From NCBI RefSeq assembly GCF_006345805.1, contig NC_042999.1:150536001-150600000 (forward strand): a DNA stretch of 64,000 nucleotides. Reading direction: 5' to 3'. Under the pieces are notes generated by a model. That model worked only from the letters and a program-made list of their open reading frames with translations. It was not told where the DNA came from and made no database searches. Below, piece by piece: positions 10,781 through 25,700 of this stretch. This DNA comes from Octopus sinensis. Its lineage: Eukaryota. A program made the translations under genes and the position numbers. Each line of letters begins with the position of its first letter. Positions within the stretch are counted from its first letter, which is position 1.

Positions 10781-13700
10781 CTGAAAAACAAAAAGGAAAC
10801 ATAGTTTTAATAACACAGCAAAATTTATTAATTATCAAGAAAGTAGAACATTTATCAAACAGCATTTATCCTAAGACGAGGAAGGAGCAACACAAATGGC
10901 CACACAGCTAAACTAAATATTTTATCTTAATTACTTTAGGTACAAGCATAGCTGTGTTTTTAATAAGTTTGTTTTTCAGCCATGTGGTTTTGAGTTCAAT
11001 CCCACTTGTGGCACCTTGGGTAAGTGTCTTCTAATATAGCCTTGGACTAATGAAAACCTTGTGAGTAGATTTAAAAGATAGAAACTGAAAGAGGCCTGTC
11101 TGTGTCTCTCTCTCTCACTCACTCACATTCACACACATGTGTATAACACAGACACGGATGTTTGGTAAGAAGTTTGCCTTCCAACCATATGATTTTGGGT
11201 TCAGTCCCACTACATGGCTCTTTGGGCAAAGCGTTTTCTAATATAGGTGAAGTCTTGTACTGGGATTTAGTTGACTGAAACTGGAAGAAGCCTGTTGTGT
11301 GTATAAGTGTGTGTTTTACTATCACTCTGCCTTGATGTCATGTGATAGTTGTAAGCAGTGTTTCTAATCTTCTGAGACATGTCTAATCATGGGGAGATAT
11401 TACTTTGCTTGGAAACAAATGGGGTTAGTAACAGGATGGGCCTCTGGTCATAAAAAAATCTGCCCCAATAAACTTCATATGATAAGTCGTACACAGCACT
11501 TGTCAATGTTGAAAACTACTGAATGCTTTGTGGCATTTTGATAATAATAATAATAATAATGACTCTTGTGGCTTCTGATCTTAACTGATTGGAAGTGTTA
11601 TCACGTACATTGTTTTTTTTTTGGTATAAAAGATGGCCTACAGCAAATATTCTGCTCAATACCACAGATTTGCTTGTCAGTTGTTTGACCTTAACCAGTT
11701 GAGCATGTCCCTTAGTGGCTGACGATATGTGCATCTCTGATCACGAGCAGTAGTAGTGGGGGGAGCATCAAAGCCATGTGTTGAGAGGGATTCTTTGGGG
11801 TTTGAATAATTCACCCCTGGAAACATGAGTGTTTTGTTCAACATCCTTAAACAACCCTTATTCAGGGACCAGAAGAAAATTTTAACTGGGCCCCACCTGC
11901 AAAGTTATGTGCTGTTTATCTTGATATGGGATCACCATGTCGTGCACATATGGTTGTGATGCATGTGCCTGGTGTACCCTTATCAGACGGGTAGTCATGA
12001 TGGGTATACTGGGCTTCGTATATTTTACCCCAGTGTCACTTTGATGGCATGGACTACTCTCTCACTCAATAATAATGAAATTATTGTATACAGTGCTCAG
12101 GTGCACCACATTTTGTCTAGCATGCTAACAAGCCTGCCAGCTTGTTATCTTAATAATAATAATCCTATACTGGGAAAAAAAGGTATGGATTTGGGTCAAG
12201 AACAATGCCCTCAGTAATGTCATCATTCAGTCTATGTCTGCACAGAAAGTGAATGTTAAACAAACAAATAAAAGAATAAAAGCTGTAATAAAAATTTTCT
12301 CAACTAACCTGCCAGGCAACACCTAATTTAGCTATTTCTCTTCCGGAAAGACCATCAGTACGTACTGCAATTTCTGAACATTTTACACCATAATCAAACT
12401 GTGCTACCTTTAAACGTCTGCAACAAAAGGAAACAAAAAAAAATCGATTGAATAAAATGACAATTTCTTACATAAGCAGAAGGCCAGATATTTGGAGACA
12501 AGGGTTACTTGATTAACTTTTTGGTATTGTGATTATTCTGTCAAATGTTATGCTTAGCTGTGGAGGGAAACTGTGGATGAGGTAGATGCAGGAAAACATG
12601 GGATGAAGTAGTGAAGTACCATTACAATCAACACATTTTTGCCAATGAACATTGGGCCTCATGGAGTGACTGAGACCTCTGGCGATATGCTGTGCATGAG
12701 AAGATGATATTTCTTTTTTTTATTTTACATCAAAATAAAAATCAAATGGAAATTGTAGTTGTGACTAGCAGTATCGCCCGGTGTTGCTCAGGTTTGTAAG
12801 GGAAATAACTATAAAGCATTTTTAGAGAGTTATAGCCAAAAATAGCAAAAAATGGAAAAAAATGATGGTAAATTTTTTTTGAGAGTTAAAAAAGGTGGAG
12901 TTGCGCCCCCTAGACGGTCTGTGGTTTGGGTTCTGATTCTCGACCCCATGTCGAATTTATCGATTTTTTCAGAACTGGGGGAACTTTCAAAATTTTCGCT
13001 GCGTTAGTTTTGAATTATGACATTGGGCTATGTGTGTGTCAAGTTCATCAGAATCGGTTGAAAGCCGTGGTCAGAGTGAGGGTACAACCTGACAGACACA
13101 CAGAAACACACACAGACAAACTGCCGTTTATATAGAGAGAGATACCCGTGCTGGTGGCATGTAAAAAGCACCATCCGAACATGGCCAATGCCAGCGCCGC
13201 CTAACTGGCATCCGTGTCGGTGACACATAAAAAGCAGTTTTCCAGCCTCCTCTGGCCCCTGTGCCGGTGGCACATAAAAAGCACCCACAACACTCATAGA
13301 GTGGTTGGTGTTAGGAAGGGCATCCAGCTGTAGAAACACTGCCAGATCAGACTGGAGCCTGGTGTAGCCTCCTGGCTTCCCAGATCCTGGTCGAACTGTC
13401 CAACTCATGCTAGCATGGAAAACAGATGTTAAACAATGATGATGATGATGATGAGAAGACTGGTCAGGCCAAGTGAAATCGTAGTTGTAGCTGTGCTGGT
13501 GTCATGTAAATGGCACCCATGAATCATAGTCATGGTTGTTATCAGTGCCATATAAATGGCACCCATGCATGGTAGTCGTGGTTGTAGCTGGTGCCATGTA
13601 CATGGCACCTATGAATTATAGTCATGCTCATTGCCAGTGTCATGTAAAAGCACCCATTACACTCCTGGAGTGGTTAGTATTAGGAAGGGCATCCAGCTTT

Positions 13701-16700
13701 AGAAACCATGCCAAATCAGACTGGAACCTAGTGCAGCTCTCCAGCTCATATCAAACTGCCTATCCCATGCCAGCACGAAGAGTGGAGGTTAAATAATGAT
13801 GGTGATCCTATTATTTATTTTTTAGAATGACATTGTAGAGTATGTATGAAAAGCCAGATCTGGCCAGTTTGAACATAAAACTGATAGAATATTTTAAAAC
13901 AGATATGGCTGGTTTAAAATGCCAAAGAGTTAAACCAACTCCAGTGCTCGACTGGTATTTTGTCAACCTTGGAAAGTGGGAAAGCAAAATTGATCTGCTG
14001 GAATTAGCATCCAAATCCTTCCCAATCTACATCCGACTATCTTAAGAAAACACACATTGAATGATATAGTCCAACATGTGTGTGAGTGTGCCTCCTTGTC
14101 TTCACATGGCACACTAACTGTAAACAAATGTTACTGTGAAGCAGAATCATTCATCTGCAATCCTCCATGTAAACAGCTCTGGCTATTGTTCTGTTTGAGT
14201 TCATCTGCTTAGAAATAGGTGAGGGTTGGTGACGGGAAGAGCACCTGGCCACACAAAATCTGCCTCAACAAATTTCATCTCACCCATCCTAGCATGGAAA
14301 AGATGTTAAAACAATGAAGTCAAAACATGAAACTGGTCAAGGCTTGGTGGATTGCTTCCAACACCACTCCTCATGATCCATTCAGGTCAGTCACAATACC
14401 AACTTTCTGTCTTTGGATTACTCTCTTCTTAGTAACCATGGGAACAAAAATTTATTTATAAATTAGGGATATCATATCCCCATGGCATTAACAATTGTTT
14501 ATACTTTACACCTGCTCCCACTACTTAGCACTCCAACTGACATGCACCCCCACCTGCCACACCAACTCTACAGTTGCTATTTTTCTAGCTTCCACACCCC
14601 TCTACCCAGAAACCACAGGCCTACATCTCCACTTCCTTCTGTGACTGTACAACAGCACACACAATTCTTCTTTCTTCTCTTTCTCAATAAATAGTCTGAC
14701 TTTTAACGATCTGAATTATTCTTTTCCTTACAACTACATATATTTTTGAATAACCACAACTTTTCTAAAGAAATTTGTGAATAGAGTATTAAGCCTTTGA
14801 CATATACACATTCATTTGTGTTTGTGTATGTCATATGCTTAACCATGTTCATATGAGTTGGACAGACACACAATACCGTTAACTTATTCACTGCTTCATT
14901 CCTATAACGTGTTTCCCCTAACACCCAAAGTGCTGATTTTCAAACAGCATATCTCCAACCGATCGTGGGCGATAAAGCACCATCCGAACGTTGCCAGCGT
15001 CGCCTTGGCTGGCTTCCGTGCCGCTGGCACGTTAAAAGCTCCAACTGATCGTGGCCGATGCCCCCCCCCCCCCACTGGCACCTGTGCAGGTGGCACGTAT
15101 AAAGCACCCACTACACTCGCGGAGTGGTTGGTGGTAGGAAGGGCATCCAGCCGTAGAAACTCTGCCAGATCAGACTGGAGCCTGGAGCAGCCCCTGGCTT
15201 CCCAGACCCCGGTTGAACCATCCAACCCGTGCTAGCGCGGAAAACGGACGTTAAACGATGACGATGATGATTTAAAATCTAACCCCATTACATATCAAAA
15301 TCTCTCTTCGACACATCTCTCAATACCTTTGGTACCTGGTACTTTTCTCAGATCTAGTGTCAGTCTTTCTCCTAAGTACACTCTATATATCAAACAAATT
15401 ATATTTAACTCATCATTCATCTCCAATCTCTCTAAATTCTGAGCCACACCCACACACAAATACATACCTCTTGCCTTCTGTGGCTGGTTTCAACACAAAC
15501 TCATCAAAGTATTGTCTAACCATACGTTCCCTCTCAGACAATGTGGGTAAGACAAATTCTACCATTTCGTCAAGACGATCGTTAATGGCCCAATCAAATT
15601 GTTCAGGTTGATTACTGGATAAGACTAACATAAACCTGAAAAATAAAAACACGAAAATATTAAAATAATTAAAAATAAAAATAGACTCATCTCGAAAACA
15701 TAATAGTATGAAGGTCTCTGATTTGAAAGTCAAGAAACTGAGAAACAGTGACTGTGAGTTGTATAAACCTCTGAATGATTCAACAGTTCAGTTCTACCTC
15801 ACTACCCATATTTTTTTCCTGCAGATACAGGTCAGGCATCACTCTCATCGATATCACCAGACTAGGAGGGCCACAAAGGTCAGAACACTGAATCTCTTCC
15901 CTTTACTATTTTAGTGGTTGTGGTTACCAAAGTATTTTATCAGCAGTAAATAATCAATATTGCCACTGATTCTGTCACATGCCCTTTGTATCTGCTTTCA
16001 TTTAAATACGATAGGTAAATAAAAATCGAATTTATACTTTATTAAATACTAATACATAAAATTTTATTCTGGAAATTACAAAGAAAAATAACCTCTCTCT
16101 CTTTCTATCTTGTGTGTGTGTGTGCAATATGGATGTTGATATTTCACCTGTCACTGAGTGAAGTGTTGATAATGTTTATGTTATTTTTTACTAAGGTGGC
16201 GAGCTGGCAGAGTTGTTAGCATGCTGGGCGAAATGCATAACCGTATTTCATCTGCCACTACGTTCTGAGTTCAAATTCCGCCAAGGTCGACTTTGCCTTT
16301 CATCCTTTCGGGGTCAATAAATTAAGCATCAGTTACGCACTAGGGTCGATGTAATTGGCTTAATCCATTTGTCTGTCCATGTTAGTCCCCTCTATGTTTA
16401 GCCCCTTGTGGGTAGTAAAGAAATAAGATAATGTTTATGTTATGATCTGTGATTTCAAACACCTGTGGAATTTTAAAATCTTTTACCTGTTAAACAGGCG
16501 TGGTATGGCAAAAAGGAAAAGCATCTGACTGCAAGATCCTGCCCAAGCTATGATAGCACAGAAAAATGGATGTTTGAACACATTCCCATGGGGGACATAG
16601 GATGCATGCAGTAGCAAATTAAATGAAACAAGTATCACTTGTTGTTAGTTTAATGGTGCCAGCTGGCAGAAACGTTAGCACGCCGGGCGAAATGCTTAGC

Positions 16701-19700
16701 GGTATTTCGTCTGCCACTACGTTCTGAGTTCAAATTCCGCCGAGGTCGACTCTGCCTTTCATCCTTTCAGGGTCAATGAATTAAGTACCAGTTACGCACT
16801 GGGGTCGATATAATCGACTTAATCCGTTTGTCTGTCCTTGTTTGTGTGGGTAGCAAAGAAATAGGTGGTCAAGTTTTGTTATTTTAGTATGAACAATAAG
16901 CCTGTACATATCTGCTATGTGCTCTTGGGAAAGATGCCTAAGGCAGTGGCTCAGTGCATGTGTCTGTAAATAAGGACCAGAGGGGTATAGGCATTGCTGT
17001 AGGCAACAAGAGATGGTACTATATTGTTGGTAAAGATATTCTTAGCTTGTATGGATGAATTCAAAACACAATCAAGGACAATTCCAGTTTGTTCTCCTTC
17101 AAATCAAGGTAAATGGCTCTTGGTGATGCCTCACAGAAAAATTTAATATCAATTTATGATGTAAAAATAAAAAAAGTAAAATGAAAAAAAAAAAACTTAC
17201 TTATTTGATTGCTCTCCAGTTCGGTACAAAAAGGCATTTAGTGTTGCTCTGAGATCCTCACTAATTTGTTCCTAGATTTAATAAAAAATTCAGATAATTA
17301 GAACAGTGAACAAGATGAAGAAGTTTTTATGCTCAATGTTCAATCTAAGAAATAGAATGAAAAAATGGTAGTTAAAAGATAGTCACTAGAATGTGAGGGA
17401 AATTACTGTTAATCTGCATTAAAAAGAGATAATTCAAATCAGGAAAGCCATAATGAATAATGTAGATCTACATATAGTAAGTTTGAAAAATAAAAATAAA
17501 TGGGATGGCTATGTCTGGAATAACTCCTATCATAGATCTTCACTATCAAAGTTGTTTACAATTACAGGCAAAAATCTGATATCAGCCAGAGTATATAACA
17601 TGCAGAATTATGCACGTCCCATATGTTTCAAATCCTATGTAGGTTAGTTGGTGTCTAACTTAACCTTCATTCTTATTATTAACTTTGGATTAAAACATTT
17701 GATTCTTACCCGATTCCTTTTTTTCAGAAATGCATCAGATTCATCCACGAATAACAGTAACCTACAAATAAACAGTAAAGGAATAAACTTGAGTTTAAAA
17801 GTCTGCAGCAACTGAGGACATATTTTAGCTGATAAAATCAAGAATGAGTATATGTATTGGGTTGTCCAGAAAGTTCATGCCGATTTTTAAAGGAAAGAAA
17901 AAGGTCAATAAGTACTTAATAAATAATTACATTTTCAATCAACCAAATATGAACCATTTTGTTGCACAATGCGTCTCTATCTTTCCTTTAACTTGAAAAT
18001 ACCCTCTTCCCAGAATTGAGGTGGTTTCATGGCAGAGAATTTATCAAGGTATCTTTTTATGTCATCCAAGGAATTGAAATTTTTACCATTAAGACTATTC
18101 TTCAGAGACCTAAATAAGTGGAAATCTGAAGGAGTAATATCTAGTGAATATGGAGGGTGGGATAACATATCCTAGCCGAGCTGCAGCAATTTTTGTCTGG
18201 TTCCAAAAGCATCAAGTGCTGAAAATGAACTTTCTTATCTTCCATTTTAAAGGGTTACAGACTTAGGAACATAAACCTTCTTCCACGAAAAGATAGCTTA
18301 AACTGTGCTCTAAATGGAGGTATAATCAAATCCTATTTTATGGACTCAACCATGTTCTAAAATAAGTCGAAAGGTAAGCTACTATAAATCGGCATGAACT
18401 TTCCAGACAACCCAATATATTATACAAATTACACACACACACAGATATATGTACGATGAATTTCTTTCTGTTTCCATGTACCAAATCCACTCACAAGGCT
18501 TTGGTTGGTCTGAGGCTATAGAAGACTATAGCCCAAGGTTCCTACAGTGGGACTGAACCTGGAACCAAGTGGTTGGGAAGCAAACTTCTTACCACACAGT
18601 TACACCTCTGCCTATATATATGAATTTTTTTTTTCTTGCATCCTAGGACTCAAAGAACTGGTTACCCAGTTATCATGGCTTATAAATAACCAAGATTACA
18701 ACATTTCCCTTGAAAGTGACGCAAGTTCATTGTAGGATTCAAGGCCTGCAATTTTGAGGGAAGGGGACAAGTTGATTACATCAATCCCAGTGCTTGGCTC
18801 ATCATCATCATTTAACATCTGTTTTACATGCTGGCATGGGTTGGACGGTTTGACTGGGGTCTGGAGAGCCAGCGGCTGCACCAGGCTCCAATCTGATCTG
18901 GCAATGTTTCTACAGCTGGATGACTGGCATTTTATTTTATTGATCCAAAAGTGAAGTAAGGCAAAGTCGACTGTAGCAGGATTTGAACTCAGATCATAAA
19001 AAGCCAGAAGAAATGCTGCTAAACATTTTATCCAAAGTGTCAATGTTTCTGTCAGCTTGCCACTTTATATGTGTGTGTATATTCATGTACATATTTGGCC
19101 CAATTAAGGACCCCATAACTTACTCTGGGTTGCAGTTAATGTCAATTTGAAAAGCTTATTTTATGATGAAGGCATTTGCTATGGTAATCAACTTGTGTTG
19201 ATCCCAGTCATTAAATTGTTGGATAGAATGTCTCACAAAATTTGTTCTGACTCAACAATCTGGGTTCAAATTCTGCCAAGGTCAACCTTTTAGAGTCAAT
19301 TTGGCAAATTGGCAGAACTGTAAGAATATTGAACCAGATGCCTAGCTGTATAAGTTTTGTCTCATTGTGTTCCGAGTTCAAATCCTACCATGGATTACTT
19401 GGGTAGTAGACTTCATCCATCGACCAGTTTAACACTACCCCTCACCCCGGGCACCAGTGCAGTTCCCTTTGCTACATACACTCAAGCCAAGTCTATTTTG
19501 AGGCTGCCCTGCTCCTTCCCTATCAACTAATCTTGGAGACCCTGTATTGGGTCATGGCCATACTACCCTCCCTCTTGTCTAAATGATGTTTTCTTCAGCC
19601 AGAAAGTATTTAACATAAAAGTTGTAGTCCTAAGTATTACAGTAACTGTACCTTTTCAGACGTTTTAAAAAACAGTTTTATACACAATAATTGTCAATGC

Positions 19701-22700
19701 TGAAAAATATCAAATGGTTTAGACAATATCAGGTAAGATTTTTTTTTAAAGGTGTTATAGTTTTGTGAACCTGTCAGTCATATCCTTGACTGAACTTGTT
19801 GTCTATTCACTTAGACTGCTGAAACCACTGGACAAGTCATATATGTTATTATTTCCAACTACTACTGTCCTAAAAATTCTACATTTCATATCCACAGGAA
19901 GTAGTTAATGGGAAATAAATCCAGCAATACTTGAAATGAGTTTATGTACGAGAAAATTTTCAGGAGGATGTTAAGAATGACCAACCATAATTATTGAGGT
20001 TGCTAATAGGCTAATAAAGAGGCAATAGGGTTAAAAGAAAAAGAAATTCCTATGGCAAATTAAATCACAATTGTTTTCCTTAATCCATTATTTCATACCT
20101 TGTATAAGAACATATTAACATGTCTAACATTACTATTGTTATTATTATTATTTTGGTTAAGGTGGTGAGCTGGCAGAATTGTTAGCATGCCAGGCAAAAT
20201 GCTTAGCAGCACTTTGTCTGTCTGCACATTCTGAGTTCAAATTCCGCTGGGGCCCACTTTACCTTTCATCCTTTCAGGGGTCAAAAAATTAAGTACCAGT
20301 GAAACACTGGGGTCAATGTAATCAACTAGTCCCCTCCTCAGCAAAATTTCAGGCCCTGTGCCTTTTACTAGAAAGGAATATAATTATTATTATGGTGGTG
20401 ATCTGGCAGAATCATTAACATGCTGGGCAAAATGCTAAGTAGCATTTCATGTTTTTATGTTCTGAGTTCAAATTCTGCCAAGGTGAACTTTGCCTTTCAT
20501 CCTTTCGGAGTCAATAAATTAAGTACCAGTGAAACATTGAGGTTGATGTAATCAACTAGTCCTCTCCACCAAAATTTCAGGCATTGTGCCTTTAGTAAAA
20601 AGGATTATTATTATGGTGGCAAGCTGGGCAAAATGTTTAGGTGCCTTTCACCCATCTTTACATTCTGAGCTCAAATTCTGCTGGGGTCAACTTTACCTTT
20701 CCCCTTTTTGGGGTCAATAAAGTACCAGTTAAACACTGGGGTTGATGTAATCGACTTAGTTCCTTCCTGAAAGTGTTGGTCTTGTACCAAAATTTGAAAC
20801 TGTTATTATAAAAGTTAAAAAGATAAATATTTAGAAAGTCCAAAAATTACCCCCTTCTGCTGGTTTTAGCCCAGTCAAACACTTTATGCATAGCTGTGAC
20901 ACCTTCTCGACCCATAGGAGCCACATCACCTCCAGTCATGATGGCGTAGTCCATTCCAGAATGTTCGGCAAGACTCTGAAATACAAAATGATACCCATTT
21001 TAAGACATTTGTCTTTAATAGTTCTAGATCTGTTTTCTCATGCTAGAATATACAGAATGATGTGTTTGGAAAATGCCAATGCTGTCAGGATAATTGTTTT
21101 TACAAAACTTTGATTGGTTGGCTTTTGACAAACAGGCATAAGCAGAGATATGTTGCAAATAAAACTTTACTTCAGCCTAAGTAATGAATAATGGTTCTAA
21201 CTTTAATGGTAAATGTGCTTTATGCATACATGCATACACACACATAGTTGTATTAAAAATATATAAATAAATAAAAACGTATTTATACTTATACATATTT
21301 ACATATATTTTTATACATATTTATATTTATATATTTTTAATACAACAATTATTTTCATACGTGTATATCTTTCTGAGGATTTTTGATATTGATTTCCTAA
21401 TATTAATAACAATATATAATTTAAGAATATATATGTATATATATAGATATATATATATACACACACAGACATAATCATTGTTCTTTAACGTCCATTTTCC
21501 ATGATGGCATGGGTTGGGTGGTTCAACAGAAGTCAACAAGTTGAAGGATTGCATCAAGCTGCAATGTGTGTGTGTGGTGTAATATTTCTCATTGTCATTT
21601 AAACACGAACAACACTGTCACTAGTCATGTCATCACAGAAGATTGTGAAGAAACAACACTGCTTGTATGACAATTGTTCCATTACAATTCGTGCACATCA
21701 AAACCAGGATATAAAATCACATACACACACTCACATATGTAACACATAAACACCCAGACACATTTTGTAGCCTTACAAACTGCATGGAGACCTTACTAGT
21801 GTTGGTGGCATGAAGAAGCACCCAGTAAATGCTGAAAAATATTAGCATTAAAGAGATACAGCCAGAGACCATGCCAAAGCAAATATTGGTGCACAGGACA
21901 GTTCTTGGACCCAATGGATCCTGTCAAACTGTCCAACCCATATCAACACAGAACATGGATCTCAAATGATGATGATATATGATTGCTCTCTTTCAGTTTC
22001 CATTTGTCAAATTCACTCACAAAGCTTTGGTCAATCTGAGGCTATATTAGAAAAATATTTGCCCAAAGGTGAGGTGAAGTGGAACTGAACATAAAACATT
22101 CTTTTCTACTCTAGGCACAAGGCCCGAAATTTTGGAGGAGTTGGGGACAGTCAGTTAGATCAACCCCAGTATGCAACTGGTACTTTATTTATCGACCCCG
22201 AAAGGATGAACGGCAAAGTTGACCTTGGCGGAATATGAACTCAGAATGTAAAGACAGATGAAATACCACTAAGCATTTCACCCAGCATGCTAACATTTCT
22301 GCCAGCTCACTATAAAACATTAGAAGGAAACTTGTTAACCAAACAGCCAGGCTTACATTATTTTATTTTATTTTTGCCAGAGCAGCTAACTGACTTCCAT
22401 GCCGGTGGCACTTAAAAAGCACCATTTGAGTGTGATCATTACCAGCGTCGCCTTACTGGCACGTGAAAAAACATTCGAGCGAGGTCATTGCCAGTGCCGC
22501 TGGACAGGCTCCTGTGCAGGTGGCATGTGAAAAAACACCATTTGAGTGTGGCCGTAGCCAGTACCGCCCGACTGGCCCTTGTGCCGGTGGCACGTAAAAG
22601 CACCCACTACACTCATAAAGTGGTTGGCGTTAGGAAGGGCATCCAGCTGTAGAAACTGTCATATCAGATTGGTGCCTGGTGTAGTCATCTGGTTCACCAG

Positions 22701-25700
22701 TCCTCAGTCAAATCATCCAACCCATGCTAGCATGGAAAGCAGACGTTAAACGATGATAATTATGATGATGATTTTCACTTTTCAAAAGAATTTAATCTCA
22801 AAATCTAAATGACTCAAGTTAAACACTAAAATACTTAATCTGCTAATCTACCACTCAATATTAAGTGTTAATCTATAACTAATCTCTCTCTATATAAACG
22901 GCAGTTTGTCTGTGCGTGTTTCTGTTTGCTTGTACCCTCACCCTGACCACGGCTTTCAACCGATTCTGATGAAACTTGACACACACATAGCCCAATGTTA
23001 TAATTCAAAACTAACGCAGCGAAAATTTTGAAAAGTTCCCCCAGTTCTGAAAAAAATCGATAAATTCGACATGGGGTCGAGAATCAGAAACACAAACCAC
23101 AAACTGTCTAGGGGACGCAACTCCACCTTTTTTAAATCTCAAAAAAAAATTTACCATCATTTTTTTCCATTTTTTTGCTATAACTCTCTAAAAATGCTTT
23201 ATAGTTATTTCCCTTACAAACCTGAGCAACGCCGGGCGATACTGCTAGTATTCTATAAGCTTGTCTAAGAATAAAAATTTAATATACATGAAGCATTATT
23301 CAAAGCAAGAAAATTAAACAGAACAAAATGCTATTACCTTAGCAAACATTGTTTTTCCAGTTCCTGGAGGGCCATACATAAGCAAGTTCCGATAATAACC
23401 TTTATTCTTTTTTGTGTGCTTAGTGGCAATGGCAATGTCTCGCAGTCGTCTTTCTAAATCGGGCTGTTAAAGAATAATAAAAGGGTGATCATAATCATAA
23501 CCTAACCATTTTGATAACCCCCATCCCTGTTCTATGATACAACTTCCTGTTTTAAAGTGATTTTAAGTTAAAGCCTTCCATTAAAATCTCATAATTTATA
23601 CAGCAAAATAATGACAAGTTGTCTTAGTAAATTATTAGGAACAAAAGCTGTGTATTTCAACAGAAATAAGGTAATGACACAGCAAAACAACACTTAACCC
23701 TTTTGTATTCACATTATTCTGCCTAAAGTATTGCTTATTCATTCTCCTTGTTTTGAATTAATCCTGTATTATTTTGTAGGTTTTGAGAGTTTGATGAACT
23801 AACTGTAAATTCTTAGAATGACATTGTAGGGTTGGTGTGAGAGGCCAGATCTGGTCAGTTTGAACATAAAACATTGGGAATATTTTGGCCAGATAAGGCC
23901 AGTTTAAATGCTAAAGGGTTAATAACAGCCACAACATAGTAAAAAAAAACTATCAAAATATATGTTGCACTAATAAAACACTAGTGTAAATCTGGGTTCT
24001 TTAAGCCTTTTCATACCAACCTGGCTGAAACTGCCTCTGGCTCTGTCGTACAAATGTCTTGTTTTCATAAGTTTTGAATTAAAATTTTCCACCAAGCCGT
24101 AGTCATAATTTATGTTCCTAACACTAGCATAATAATAACTAAGTTATTTAACTAAATTCTTTGTTATATTTAAAATAAAAACAGTAACAAGAGGGTTAAC
24201 TGTTTAGAAAAAGCCATCATTTAGTGAGGGTCATTAATTTCCATGTTTTGGGGAGATGAGGATATTGATGTTTGACCAAGTCACAAAGTTCGTTGTAAAA
24301 TTTTTTAATAACCACTATTAGTTTCTTCAGTCTGTGATTTTTAATAATTACTATCATTTAGTGCCGTTGGAGTCTCAGTCAGAACAACCTTGTCGGAGAT
24401 AATAATTCATTGTAGAACTGAAATAGCTAAAAGACTGAATCATTAGCTTATATGATTTTGAGCTTAAATCCACTGCAAATGTTTGTGTATTTATACCTTT
24501 CTACACTGTATATTCACTTAGTATGATACATAGATGGTTGCTTCAATTTAATAGTGTTTCAGTTGCATTCAATAAGTTTTCTACAGTTTGGCAAGCATTC
24601 TGCAATATCAGTGAATGGATTATTTACTGCTTCTTATATATTGAGGTGCAAATTTTATTCAAGCAATGCGACAGATGGATATATCATTGACAAGTTCCAA
24701 GAAAAGTGAAACATCTGATATTCCCATGAGTCACTGCTGCAATGATATTCATTTTCTGTTGATATAGGAATTTTTAGCACAATATATCTATGAAAAGATT
24801 TTCTCTCACACAAAATCCACAGCAGCAAACCATTCTATATTATATATACATTTAGTATGATACACAGATTGTCATAAAATTTCATCATATGTGCATGTTC
24901 AGCTAGATATCAGGTCCAGGTAGCAAACTGTTTGGGACTGTTACATAAAAAAAACCTAGAGTCTTGTCTAGAGAAATATTTACTTCGCATCATGTTAATA
25001 TCACACAAAGACACACATGAAACAGAAAAGCACTGGCTTCTTTTTGCATCTTATATGCACTGGAAATATCTACACTTTACATATAATATTTTCATGAGGA
25101 AATTCTCAGTCTTTGAGAAACAAAAGACAGAAGAAGACAAGTTGATTCACTTACATGTAATACAATACCTTTTAAGGAATCCTCTGCTTTGCTGGCAATA
25201 CGCTTGTAAGTCTGGAAAAGAAAGGCAGGGAAATAAAGAAGTTTTCCTAATATTCAGTTATCTGCTTTATGTTCTTCAACATTTATAAATATTTTTCTAA
25301 TAATTGAAAATTGAATGAATAAAATATCACGAATCTGAAATTCCTCAGATTAAAGATGAATGATTTTTGGTTGTTGGAGATGAAATGGTTCAAGAAACAA
25401 AAACAAATAAGAAAGGAACGTAAATAACACAATAGAAAGATTATTAAAAATATGTATATCATTAATTGTAGAGGTGCACTGGCCCAGTGGGTAGGGCAGC
25501 GGACTCGCAGTTGGAGGATCGTGGTTTCGATTCCCTTACCGGGTGTTGTGCTTATTGAGCGAAAACACCTAAAAGCTTCACGAGGCTCCGGTAGGGGGTG
25601 GTGGCAACCCCTGTTATACTCTTTCGCCCCAACTTTCACTCTTTCTTCCTGTTTCTTGAGTAACGCTGTGATGGAATGGCGTCCCGTCCAGCTGGGGGGA

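Noticed and set aside
17710-17761. Walker B followed by Ser (VDES) rather than the more usual Ala
   Set aside because: The catalytic DE is intact; a conservative change with no evidence of functional effect.
22960-22980. CTGATGAAAC in the Helitron copies as a hammerhead core
   Set aside because: No stem II/GAAA/UH arrangement; it is part of the common CCGATT.TGATGAAA.TT internal motif.
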